Positions 24,553 through 36,600 of a DNA stretch of 64,000 nucleotides are shown in pieces. Within the stretch, counting starts at the first letter, position 1, and each line of letters starts with the position of its first letter. The stretch spans positions 310,001 to 374,000 of the forward strand of contig NIVC01000108.1 of NCBI GenBank assembly GCA_002269645.1, in the 5' to 3' direction. The position numbers were made by a program, and so were the translations under genes. The notes beneath the pieces are model-generated. The model was not told the origin of the DNA, did no database searches, and was given only the letters and a program-made list of their open reading frames with translations. The DNA is from Macrostomum lignano (Eukaryota).

Positions 24553-25038
24553 TCAAACGCCCGCCGCCTTCGCTCCAGAGGTCTTGGACTTCCGCAGCGA
24601 CGGCAATTTTTTCGTTGGCGGCATCGACGACGGCAACGGCTGCCGGCGGCGTTTCTCGCATTGCTCCGCGGCCGCGCCGACGGGTCGCTTCCTGCGGAGA
24701 AGCCGGAATGTCTCCGTGATGCTCAGCTGCAACATCGGCTGCCGAACGAGCGCCTGCTGCGCCTCTGGTGGGTTTTGGTGCACCTTGACTGCGCCGGCGC
24801 AGCCGCTGCTGCTGTAGAAAGTCGGCAGCTCGACGGCGGCCGGCTGCAGCGGCCCGTAGGCGGCGGCGATCGCAGCGGAATCCGCGGCCTCCATCGCCGT
24901 CAAGTCCGCTTTGAACTGCTCGGCGATGCCGGCTGACGTCGCGGCGCGGTCGGAGCGGCGGCTGTCGAACACGATCCGGCGGCGGGGGTTGGAGGGGCCG
25001 CTGGGCGACGAAGGCAGGGGCGGCGACAGGTGCTGCAT
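24553..25038 (-). CDS. Candidate Cip/Kip (p21/p27/Dacapo-like) CDK inhibitor, 161 aa
   Basis: Order and size resemble Cip/Kip proteins: RRRIVF (cyclin-binding RxL/F-like), helix FKADLTAMEAA, LPTFY (cf. p27 LPEFY), C-terminal QLSITETF-RLLRRKR (PIP-degron-like). The frame stays open upstream to a CAG acceptor at 25087-25089. Confidence 0.5.
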   Translation of the reverse strand: MQHLSPPLPSSPSGPSNPRRRIVFDSRRSDRAATSAGIAEQFKADLTAMEAADSAAIAAAYGPLQPAAVELPTFYSSSGCAGAVKVHQNPPEAQQALVRQPMLQLSITETFRLLRRKRPVGAAAEQCEKRRRQPLPSSMPPTKKLPSLRKSKTSGAKAAGV

Positions 25039-25099
25039 GCTGAGCTGGACAGCGGCTCTCGGCTGGAACTGGAGGGCGGCCGGAGTCTGGGGATTGGAG

Positions 25100-25450
25100 G
25101 CGATTTTCTTGAGGACTGGAGGCGATTTTCCTGATTTTCTTGAGGACTGGGGGCGATTTTCCTGAAGACAGGGGGCGCTTTTCCTGAAGACAGGGGGCGC
25201 TTTTCCTGAAGACTGGGGGCGCTTTTCCTGAAGACTGGGGGCGCTTTTCCTGAAGACTGGGGGCGCTTTTCCTGAAGACTGGGGCGATTTTCCTGAAGAC
25301 AGGGGACGATTTTCCTGAAGACAGGGGACGATTTTCCTGAAGACAGGGGACGATTTTCCTGAAGACAGGGGGCGATTTTCCTGAAGACAGGGGCGATTTT
25401 CCTGAAGACAGGGGCGATTTTCCTGAAAACTGGGGGGGGCGATTTTCCTG
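25100..25450. repeat. 20-21-bp minisatellite (GGCGATTTTCCTGAAGACAGG)
   Basis: Direct reading. Confidence 0.92.
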
Positions 25451-26032
25451 GGTACAAGAAGTGATTTTCCTGGGGACTGGGAGGATTTCATTGGGGAATG
25501 AGGGCAATTCTAGCAGGGCTTTCTAGCAAATAAACAGTGAATAAAAAACATGCGATGAACGAATCAGAAAATTGAGCTGCACCCAAGGTTTACTATGTAC
25601 TTTGGCAGCGGTGTGAGCCAGCAAAACAGTAAGCAGTGACGCTCTCAGTCAATGAGTTCAGGCGATCACAAAGCCGGTAAAAGCAAATAACAAAGCTATA
25701 CAGCTAAAGTATTCGAATCCCATAAAAAGACAAATGACTAGACGAAACCCCAGAATTCCCAGCTTTTCTATTTAATAAATAAATACGAGAATCCAGTTTA
25801 AGTTGGGGAATCCTAATCTGATTTGAAGAATCCCAATCAAAGCTGGGGAATCCCTATCGAAGTTAGGGAATCCCAATCGAAGCGGGGAAATCTGAGTTGG
25901 CGAATCCAATCTGAGTTGGGAAATCCCAATCTAATTGAGGAAATCAGAGTTGGGGAATCCCAATCTGAGTTGGGGAATCCAATCAGAAGTGGGAAATCCC
26001 AATGAATCCCAAGGAATCATAATCACGCTCTC

Positions 26033-28760
26033 TCAAGCGGACTTGGACCAGACAAGGCGGTGCTGCCCGGCGCCCAGTAGCAGCGGCTCGGTGCTCCAGC
26101 CTGCCTTTGACAGCGCGCCCAGAAAGTCCGGCATCAGCCGCTCGGCCGTGGCGGCAGCGGCCGCATCGCCAGCCCGAAGCTCGGAGCAGCCGCCGACGGC
26201 GTCAAACAGTTTCGGCCGGGTCCTGGCCAGGTGGATCAGCTCGCACTGGAAGACGGCCAGCAGCTGATCAGCGGAGGTCGCGTCCTCGGCCAGAACCACA
26301 TAGTAGCTCGACGCTCCGGTGAAGACGGCGAGCCGCCGGTGCCGCTGCTGGCGAAGGCCGTCGACGAGGCGGTCGGCAGGCAGCGCGGCGGCAGGGGCGC
26401 TCAGTGGGCAGCCGAGGCGGAGCGGCGCGGCGCAGGAGCGGAGCAGCGGCTCGGACTGGTTCACCTCGGCGACCCCGGAGCAGGCGCGGCCGCCACTGGC
26501 CACGAAGCTGACAACCACCAGGTGAAGCCGGCTGGGGTTCAGCGTTTCCATGGCAACGGAGCGGACGGCGCGCCAATTAAAGTACAGGTGGCCAAAGGTG
26601 AACAGCAGGTAGGCGAGCACGGCTGCTCCGCCAGTGATGAGCGGCACGAAGGCCAAATTGAACAGCAGGGCGAACAGGTTCACCAGCGTCTCCTGGGATG
26701 AGTCCTTAGCCGACACGTCCGCCATGTTGTGCCTGCGCGCCTGGGGAGCGGGAGGGGACTTGGGTGAGCCCGCAGTTTACCTGGTCGATTTTTACGCTAC
26801 ATTAATTTACAGATTTATTCGCGATTCTCATCATAGGATGAGGCGATTCTCATCAAGGGATCAGGCTATTCTCATCAGGGGATCAGGCGATTCTCATCAG
26901 GGGATCAGGTGATTCTCATCAGGGGATCAGGCGATTCTCATCAGGGGATCAGGTGATTCTCATCAGGGGATCAGGCGATTCTCATCAGGGGATCAGGCGA
27001 TTCTCATCAGGGGATCAGGTGATTCTCATCAGGGGATCAGATGATTCTCATCAGGGGATCAGGTGATTCTCATCAGGGGATCAGGTGATTTTCATCAGGG
27101 GATATGTGATTCTCATCAGGGGATCAGGTGATTCTCATCAGGGGATCAGGTGATTCTTATCAGGGGATCAGGTGATTATCGGGAATCGAGGAAAATGAGT
27201 CAATTTCTCCATCTGAGATCTTCAGTCATCAGAGCCAGCACCCTGGGCGCACACCTGGTGCATCGTGAGCGCCGCCCTGGTGGCGCCGCCGCAAACTCCA
27301 ACCAGCGACAGCAGCACGGAGGCGACGCACAGGACGGCAGCCACGGTAGGCGAGCCGGGCGGCCCGGCCAGCGGGCAGAGCAGCTGCATCAGGATGGCCA
27401 AGTCGTTCAGCACATCCGCCAGCAGCCGGTAGCGCTTGCAGTCCCAGTCCAGAGCGGTGCCGTACAGCCAGGCGAACAGGATGCGGCCCACCATGCCGCA
27501 GCCGTCGCGCAGCAGCCAGGCGAGGGTGGCGGCCGCCACCGAGGCGCCCTGGTCGCCGACACCGTAGCCGGTCAGGACGGCCCGGCCGGCCAGGGCGCCT
27601 GTGACAGAGGAGCAGAAGGCCTGGGCGGTGTCCCACATCTGGTAGGTCAGGTAGTCCGCAGACACCGAGTCCGGGTAGCCCTGCGGCAGGAAGACGTCCT
27701 GAAGATCGGGATGAGGGAGAGACGAGGTTGCGCTCTGATGACCTGGTGGATGGCAAGGATGGCTTGATCAGGTGGATTGGAATTAAGGCCAGAATTAGCT
27801 CAGTTGGGAATAGGGATCAGGGATTAGCTCGTGGAAGTTGGGATCAGAGGATTAGCTCAGGTGGAGATTGGGATCAGAGGATTAGCTCAGGTGGAGATTG
27901 GGATCAGAGGATTAGCTCAGGTGGAGATTGGGATTAGGGGATTAGCTCAGATGGAAACTGGGATCAGAGGATTTTTTCAGGTGGAAATTGGGATCAGAGG
28001 ATTTGTTCAGGTGGAAACTGGGATCAGAGGATTTGTTCAGGTGGAAACTGGGATCAGAGGATTTGTTCAGGTGGAAACTGGGATCAGAGGATTAGTTTAG
28101 GTGGAAATTGGGATCAGAGGATTTGTTCAGGTGGAAATTGGGATCAGAGGATTTGTTCAGGTGGAAACTGGGATCAGAGGATTTGTTCAGGTGGAAATTG
28201 GGATCAGAGGATTAGTTCAGGTGGAAACTGGGATCAGAGGATTTGTTCAGGTGGAAACTGGGATCAGAGGATTTGTTCAGGTGGAAACTGGGATCAGAGG
28301 ATTTGTTCAGGTGGAAACTGGGATCAGAGGATTTGTTCAGGTGGAAACTGGGATCAGAGGATTTGTTCAGGTGGAAACTGGGATCAGAGGATTTGTTCAG
28401 GTGGAAACTGGGATCAGAGGATTTGTTCAGGTGGAAACTGGGATCAGAGGATTAGTTTAGGTGGAAATTGGGATCAGAGGATTAGCTCAGGCGGAAATTG
28501 GGATCAGAGGATTAGCTCAGAAATATATTAAGAACAGCGAACAGGGCATTAACTCAGGTAGAAACTGGAATCAGGGGATTCGGGGGAAGAGCAGCCTACT
28601 ACAAACAGCAATCTTAATCTCGTACCTTGGCGGTGCTAACAAAGCCGTCAAACTTTCGTTTTTTGCCTTTGATGAGCAACTTCTGCTGCGTGAGAACATA
28701 TTCTGTTGCTTCACTGGAGCTGTCAGTAACTTCCTTTAGTAACAGCGGCTCCGCAGTCAT
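26033..28760 (-). CDS. RUSF1: RUS1/RUSF1 (C16orf58, DUF647) family protein, paralog A (428 aa)
   Basis: Exons 28760-28626 (135 nt), 27698-27255 (444 nt) and 26740-26033 (708 nt), all phase 0. Motifs VFLPQGYPDSVSADYLTYQMWD, WLLRDGCGMVGRILFA, RYRLLADVLND, GATRAALTMHQ|ARRHNMADVSAKDSSQETLVNL, VAMETLNPSRL. Confidence 0.92.
26840..27180. repeat. 22-bp minisatellite in RUS1-A intron 2 (GATTCTCATCAGGGGATCAGGT)
   Basis: Direct reading. Confidence 0.93.
27810..28520. repeat. 30-bp minisatellite in RUS1-A intron 1 (GGGATCAGAGGATTTGTTCAGGTGGAAACT)
   Basis: About 23 copies. Confidence 0.96.
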
Positions 28761-28927
28761 CGCAGTTGCAGCAGGGATCTACCAGGCCACTGGGAATCAG
28801 CTTCGAATGCAAGTATTGCTTGCTGAAAATTGTAGCCACTTTTTGATATGCTATAATGCATACTACTTATACTAACACAGGTAGCAAGTATAATTTAAAT
28901 TTACAAGTATGATTTGTACATCATTAA

Positions 28928-29828
28928 CTACCTACAACTCTATCTAAACTGCCTACAGCTCTACCTAAACTGCCTACAGCTCTACCTAAACTAACTACAG
29001 CTCTACCTAAACTAACTACAGCTCTACCTAAACTAACTACAGCTCTACCTAAACTAACTACAGCTCTACCTAAACTAACTACAGCTCTACCTAAACTGCC
29101 TACAGCTCTACCTAAACTGCCTACAGCTCTACCTAAACTGCCTACAGCTCTACCTAAACTGCCTACAGCTCTACCTAAACTGCCTACAGCTCTACCTAAA
29201 CTGCCTACAGCTCTATCTAAACTGCCTACAGCTCTACCTAAACTGCCTACAGCTCTACCTAAACTGCCTACAGCTCTACCTAAACTGCCTACAGCTCTAC
29301 CTAAAGTAACTACAGTTCTACCTAAACTGCCTACAGCTCTACCTAAACTGCCTACAGCTCTATCTAAACTGCCTACAGCTCTACCTAAACTGCCTACAGC
29401 TCTATCTAAACTGCCTACAGCTCTACCTAAACTGCCTACAGCTCTACCTAAAGTAACTACAGTTCTACCTAAACTGCCTACAGCTCTACCTAAACTGCCT
29501 ACAGCTCTACCTAAACTGCCTACAGCTCTACCTAAACTGCCTACAGCTCTACCTAAACTGCCTACAGCTCTATCTAAACTGCCTACAGCTCTACCTAAAC
29601 TGCCTACAGTTCTACCTAAACTGCCTACAGCTCTACCTAAACTGCCTACAGCTCTACCTAAACTGCCTACAGCTCTACCTAAACTGCCTACAGCTCTACC
29701 TAAACTAACTACAGCTCTACCTAAACTAACTACAGCTCTACCTAAACTAACTACAGCTCTACCTAAACTAACTACAGCTCTACCTAGACTGCCTACAGCT
29801 CTACCTAAACTACCTGTAGGTCTATCTA
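28928..29828. repeat. 21-bp minisatellite (CTACAGCTCTACCTAAACTGC)
   Basis: About 43 copies upstream of RUS1-A. Confidence 0.97.
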
Positions 29829-30244
29829 AGCACGACAAAGCAAGACGAAAAGCTTCCTGAACTTAATAAAGATCTGCAGCAGAGAAAGCATGCAGGCAGC
29901 AAATGCTGTTGTGTTGCGGCAGTCAGAAAAGGTGGAAATCCAAAAGCCAACAGTAAAATTGGTAAGGCGCGTGGCTGTACAATCAAACTTTAGGACTAAA
30001 AAATTTCCTAATCTGCTCAAGTAATATTCACGCAAAAATGGTAAAAACGATAAGAATATTCAGCACAAAATTTTCTGATAATTAATGAAACTCGAAAACG
30101 ATAATAGTGAATAACAGCAATAACAGTAACAATAAATTTTCTAACAGTCCCTGTAGTAATTTTTTGAATCCCATGCGCACTTGTGTGCGAAATCAAAAGC
30201 GATACGAGTATGAATTTAACAGTTAGAGTAGGAAGCTTGAGACT

Positions 30245-30490
30245 GGGAATCCCATGACGGGAATCCTAATCCTGCGATAGGGGAATCCCAATCCTGCGAT
30301 AGGGGAATCCCAATCCTAAGACATAGGGGAATCACAATCCTGCGATAGGGGAATCCCAATCCTGCGATAGGGGAATCCCAATCCTGCGATAGAGGAATCC
30401 CAATCCTGCGATAGGGGAATCCTATTCCTGCGATAGGGGAATCCCAATCTTGCGATAAGGGAATTCCAATCCTAAGACAGGGGAATCCAA
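30245..30490. repeat. ~22-bp repeat (GGGGAATCCCAATCCTGCGATA) 3' of RUS1-B
   Basis: Shares the GGGAATCCCAATC seed with the degenerate repeat 3' of RUS1-A (25800-26010). Confidence 0.85.
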
Positions 30491-30605
30491 ATCTTCTGAC
30501 TTACACATTGGACGGAAAATCGTGATGCATGTAAAAGGGATCTCAAATAACATCGCATCAATACAGTGGTAAATCAAAATAGGGAGCCAGTGGGGCTGTG
30601 CCAGT

Positions 30606-33600
30606 TTAGAAGGACTTGGACCAGGTCAGGCGGTGCTGCCCGGCGCCCAGTAGCAGCGGCTCGGTGCTCCAGCCTGCCTTTGACAGCGCGCCCAGAAAGT
30701 CCGGCATCAGCCGCTCGGCCGTGGCGGCAGCGGCCGCATCGCCAGCCCGAAGCTCGGAGCAGCCGCCGATGGCGTCAAACAGTTTCGGCCGGGTCCTGGC
30801 CAGGTGGATCAGCTCGCACTGGAAGACGGCCAGCAGCTGATCAGTGGAGGTCGCGTCCTCGGCCAGAACCGCATAGTAGCTCGACGCTCCGGTGAAGACG
30901 GCGAGCCGCCGGTGCCGCTGCTGGCGAAGGCCGTCGACGAGGCGGTCGGCAGGCAGCGCGGCGGCAGGGGCGCTCAGTGGGCAGCCGAGGCGGAGCGGCG
31001 CGGCGCAGGAGCGGAGCAGCGGCTCGGACTGGTTCACCTCGGCGACCCCAGAGCAGGCGCGGCCGCCACTGGCCACGAAGCTGACAACCACCAGGTGAAG
31101 CCGGCTGGGGTTCAGCGTTTCCATGGCAACGGAGCGGACAGCGCACCAATTGCCAAATATATGACCGGAGGTGAAAATGATGAAGACTGGGACGGCCACC
31201 GGGCCAGTGATGAGCGGCACGAAGGTCAGGTTGACTACCAGCTCCACCAGGTTCACCAGCGTCTCCTGGGATGCGTCCTTCGCCGACACGTCCGCCATGT
31301 TGTGCTGGCGGGCCTGGGGAATTGAGGAGACGAATCCGGAGATTAAAATTGAAGATTAAGATTGTAATTGTAGCAGGCTTGAACAATGCAATTTTTGACA
31401 ATAACCTTTAAAGCCTGGTTCACATTTCCGCAAATAGCTGACGCTCACAGCTAATAGCTGATTTTCAGAAATCAACTAGCTCAGCGCGACCACTACTAGC
31501 GGGTGCTACTATCGCCCTCAAATAGATGCATCGCCATGCAGTTCAATTTAACCCGCGAAGATAATAGGCAATATTTGACCCTTGGCCACTGTTACGAGTA
31601 TATAAAGTAATTCAGTCTAGTGCTAGCCCTATCTGTGCTTCGGACAGGGCGTTTTCAATCTAAGAAATCTTGACCAGAAAGCCGTGACCAGCTTTCAGAT
31701 TTCAAACATGCTTTCACGAGCCAAGAAGCTACTGCTACTGGCAATCGTAACGATACTGCAACATCGTAGGCTGATCAGGCAAGGCCGCCGCCCTAGGCGA
31801 TGGTGGCGGAGACCGAGTCATCAACGAAGAGAAGAGCTTGGCGAGTTTGCCGGATTGATCCCACATCTGCGAGATAGAGACTCGGAGATGTACTTCAAGT
31901 ATATGCGCATGCGCCCGGCTCGGTTTGAGCATCTGCTTTCACTGGTTGCAACCAAACTCTCCAGGCCATGTGCAAGAAGAGAGGCCGTTCCGGCAGAGGA
32001 GAAGCTAATGATGACGCTTTGCTACCTGGCTTCGGGTTGCAGCCAAGCCGACTTGTCGTTTCGATTTGGCCGAGGACGCTCTACTGTGTCAGGGGTCGTG
32101 TTCGAGACTGCGATTGCCATCTACGACAAGCTGGCGTCAACATATCTAAAGTTTCCTGCATCTGCAGAAGAATGGAAAGCAATCGCTGGTGGATTCTGGG
32201 AAAAGTGGCATTTTCCGAACTGCCTCGGTGCAATTGACGGCAAGCATTTCAAGGTTCATTGTCCAAGAAACACCGGCTCGCAGTACTTCAATTACAAGCA
32301 ACAGTTCAGCTCACTGGTACTCGCCATGTGCGACAGTAACTACATCTTCACGTACATAGAGAGTGGCAGCGCAGGGAGAGAAGGAGACGCTGGAGTCTTC
32401 TCACGTTCAGCCTTGTACGCTGGATTGAAGTCTGGATCGGTGAAAGTCCCGGAGCCTTCCTGCATTTCTGGCAGCAGCCTCGTCATGCCATTTGCAATTG
32501 TCGGTGATGAGGCTTTCCCGCTGAAGAATTATCTCATGCGCCCATTCCCTGGGCGCGGCGGAATGGTACCATTGGACTACAAGACGCAAGTGTTCAACTA
32601 CCGGCTGTCTCGAGCAAGACGCACAATTGAGAATGCGTTTGGAATCCTGGTGACTCTTCCTGCGGCCTGTCATAGCGAGAATCGATCACGTTGAGGCCTT
32701 TATTCGGTGCGCATTCGTACTGCATAACTTCATGCGAATAGAGGACGAGGCCAACATTACAGCAGCTCGGTCCTACATGCCACCTGGAAGTGTTGACCAG
32801 GAACTGCCCACCGGCCAGGTACAGGAGGGTTCATGGAGATCCACCGTGACAGGCAGCGTCGGGGTAATGCCAGCCCGGAATCTGGGTGGAAATCGAAGCA
32901 GCGCCTCCGCTTGGGAGCAACAGATGCTGCTAAGGGACTTCTTCGTCAGCCCCAATGGTGCCATTCCATGGCAGAGCGCAATGATACATGTACCTACTGA
33001 TGATAATCGATAATACTGTTGATGAATCATTAATTTATTCCGCATGTTTATTTCGCATACAGAACGTGAATTTATGAGCTAATTTTGTGGAAATTTCAAA
33101 CAAGGCGGAGAGAAAGTACAATGCTGCAACAGAAAGTAATCCAAACTCGTAAATAAATTGACAAGACTGTGGAGACAATATTTTCAACATATTCATTTAT
33201 GATTTCATTATATTTTCTGTCTCTCTCGATCTCTGCAATTGCTCTCTGACACGCACAATGCAATCTGGTCATGAAAAAGGAAAAAAGATTTGCTTCTAGT
33301 TTGCAAAATATTGCACTCTATCGCTTTTATCTCACGCACTTCTAGGAGTCATTGGGAGGTGTGACCGTGGATATGATGGAGCCGAGCATGTCGTCGAAGG
33401 AAGCTGATCCAGCAGCGGCATCAGCGGCAGGCTCAGTTCGGATGGCAACGCTTCGGGGCAGGCCGTGGAGTTGGATTGTGAACAACTCGCTCCGCAGGTG
33501 CGCCATGGCATAGTCGCGCTCAATTTGCGTTGGAAGCCGACGGATGGCCTGTCCAATTGCTTGGCCAAAGGAGGCATATTCGTCCTCATCTTTTGTCAGT

Positions 33601-36600
33601 TGCTGAGTCAACTGGCTGAGGGCAGTATCCAGCTTTGATGCTTCTGTTGCAGTTGCCTTTCTGGCCTTCTTTGGCGCACTTTCCGCAAACTCTCGCATTG
33701 ACGCCTCACTGGGGTCAGTTGTTGCAGCCTGGGCCTCTGCTCGACTGGACTGTTGCGCCTCATCATTGACCGAGGTTGCCTGCTGAGAGGGTCCAGCAGA
33801 TCCCACAGCTACAAGTTCTGGTGTGGGCGGAGGCACATTTGAGGTAGTATCGCCAATGTAGTCACACTTGTCCAGGAAGTTCATGCGACTGTATATTCCC
33901 AACCGCCTGGGAGTAGGCTTGACCGCACTCCCACTCGGAAGCTTGCTTCCACGCCGGAAAACAAACTAGTTACGCTTGAGACCTTGAAACCGCTTGAGGC
34001 ACCAAGTTGCATCCTTGCCCAAAGTCTCAGCGATCTGATTCCATGCGCTGGTTTTCGCCTGCTGATCCTTGAATTTTCGGCTTGAGATGTTGTAGACAAC
34101 TTCATGTTTGGCAACTTCATCTATCAGAGTTGCATCCAACTCCGGAGTCTCGTGTGACAAGTCGGACATTTCCAGGTATCAAGTTGTGTGGAGTTTGGGG
34201 TGAAGAATAGAGCATGGTTCTATTCGTTTCATATAGCCTCCAGCTGTGCTCCTGTCTGGTTGCGCAAGAAATTGTCTGTACTCATTGTACAGTGAGCAGT
34301 GAGCAATGACACAATCGTTTAAATTTACTGTACGCCTACCCCTGCCATCCATGCTGCAGAAGCGGACAACTCAAAGCAAGGAGTTGTGAGTGTTTATGTG
34401 AATGGGGTGCATTTCGGTTTCGTTTGCCATGCATAAAATTGAAAGTTATATTGTCCTTTCTAGTTCTAATGAATAGAACCAAATAAAATCACTATTAGAG
34501 TCCGCCAGGAGCGGCGGACTTTCGGATAGTAGAGCTGCGCACGGATAGTAGCGTTCGCAATCAGCTGGTAGCGGCGGCGAACAGCTATTAGTTTGAAGCA
34601 CGGAGCTATTTGCGGAAATGTGAACCAGGCTTAAGATGTTAAATCGTGTTGAAGAATTCTCAAGCCGATGCCTCCCACCATTCGCTGACATCGCAGGCAC
34701 CCTACCGGCTCCTGTTTTACAATAATTGTATCTAACTGACAGCGTATTTAACAGACTGGCCGACACCCCCGGGAGGCTTGAGTTCCTTCCTTGGCCTTAG
34801 GCTGCTAACTCTAATTCCCCACCCAGTTATCGACCATGGGACACGAAACCGCCACGACACCTCGACGCGACATCTCGTGAATGTCCCTGTGAAACCCATT
34901 GGCTACGGACACACCTGGTGCATAGTAAACACACCTGATGCATAGTAAACACACCTGGTGCATAGTAAACACACCTGGTGCATAGTAAACACACCTGATG
35001 CATAGTAAACACACCTGGTGCATAGTAAACACACCTGATGTATAGTAAACACACCTGGTGCATAGTAAACACACCTGGTGCATAGTAAACACACCTGATG
35101 CATAGTAAACACACCTGGTGCATAGTAAACACACCTGGTGCATAGTAAACACACCTGATGTATAGTAAACACACCTGGTGCATAGTAAACACACCTGTTG
35201 CATAGTAAACACACCTGGTGCATAGTAAACACACCTGGTGCATAGTAAACACACCTGGTGCATAGTAAACACACCTGGTGCATAGTAAACACACCTGGTG
35301 CATAGTAAACACACCTGGTGCATATTAAACACACCTGGTGCATAGTAAACACACTTGATGTATAGTAAACACACCTGGTGCATAGTAAACACACCTGGTG
35401 CATAGTAAACACACCTGGTGCATGGTAAACACACCTGGTGCATAGTAAACACACCTGGTGCATAGTAAACACACCTGATGTATAGTAAACACACCTGGTG
35501 CATAGTAAACACACCTGGTGCATAGTAAACACACCTGGTGCATGGTAAACACACCTGGTGCATAGTAAACACACCTGGTGCATAGTAAACACACCTGGTG
35601 CATAGTAAACACACCTGGTGCATAGTAAACACACCTGGTGCATAGTAAACACACCTGATGTATAGTAAACACACCTGGTGCATAGTAAACACACCTGGTG
35701 CATAGTAAACACACCTGATGCATAGTAAACACACCTGGTGCATAGTAAACACACCTGGTGCATAGTAAACACACCTGGTGCATAGTAAACACACCTGGTG
35801 CATAGTAAACACACCTGGTGCATAGTAAACACACTTGATGTATAGTAAACACACCTGGTGCATAGTAAACACACCTGGTGCATAGTAAACACACCTGGTG
35901 CATGGTAAACACACCTGGTGCATAGTAAACACACCTGGTGCATAGTAAACACACCTGGTGCATAGTAAACACACCTGGTGCATAGTAAACACACCTGGTG
36001 CATAGTAAACACACCTGGTGCATAGTAAACACACCTGATGTATAGTAAACACACCTGGTGCATAGTAAACACACCTGGTGCATAGTAAACACACCTGATG
36101 CATAGTAAACACACCTGGTGCATGGTAAACACACCTGGTGCATGGTAAACACACCTGGTGCATAGTAAACACACCTGGTGCATAGTGAACACACCTGGTG
36201 CATAGTAAACACACCTGGTGCATAGTAAACACACCTGGTGCATAGTAAACACACCTGATGTATAGTAAACACACCTGGTGCATAGTAAACACACCTGGTG
36301 CATAGTAAACACACCTGATGTATAGTAAACACACCTGGTGCATAGTAAACACACCTGGTGCATAGTAAACACACCTGATGCATAGTAAACACACCTGGTG
36401 CATGGTAAACACACCTGGTGCATGGTAAACACACCTGGTGCATAGTAAACACACCTGGTGCATAGTGAACACACCTGGTGCATAGTAAACACACCTGGTG
36501 CATAGTAAACACACCTGGTGCATAGTAAACACACCTGATGTATAGTAAACACACCTGGTGCATAGTAAACACACCTGATGCATAGTAAACACACCTGGTG

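Larger units (their letters stand above)
31412..34631. mobile_element. PIF/Harbinger DNA transposon (3220 bp)
   Basis: 28-bp perfect TIR AGCCTGGTTCACATTTCCGCAAATAGCT; TAA target duplication at 31409-31411 and 34632-34634; convergent transposase and MADF ORFs. Confidence 0.96.

Noticed and set aside
17176-29838. Long ORFs within the 29-, 13-15-, 30- and 21-bp arrays, and a CRISPR-like look of the arrays
   Set aside because: The units are head-to-tail with no unique spacers, and the context is eukaryotic; these are minisatellites.
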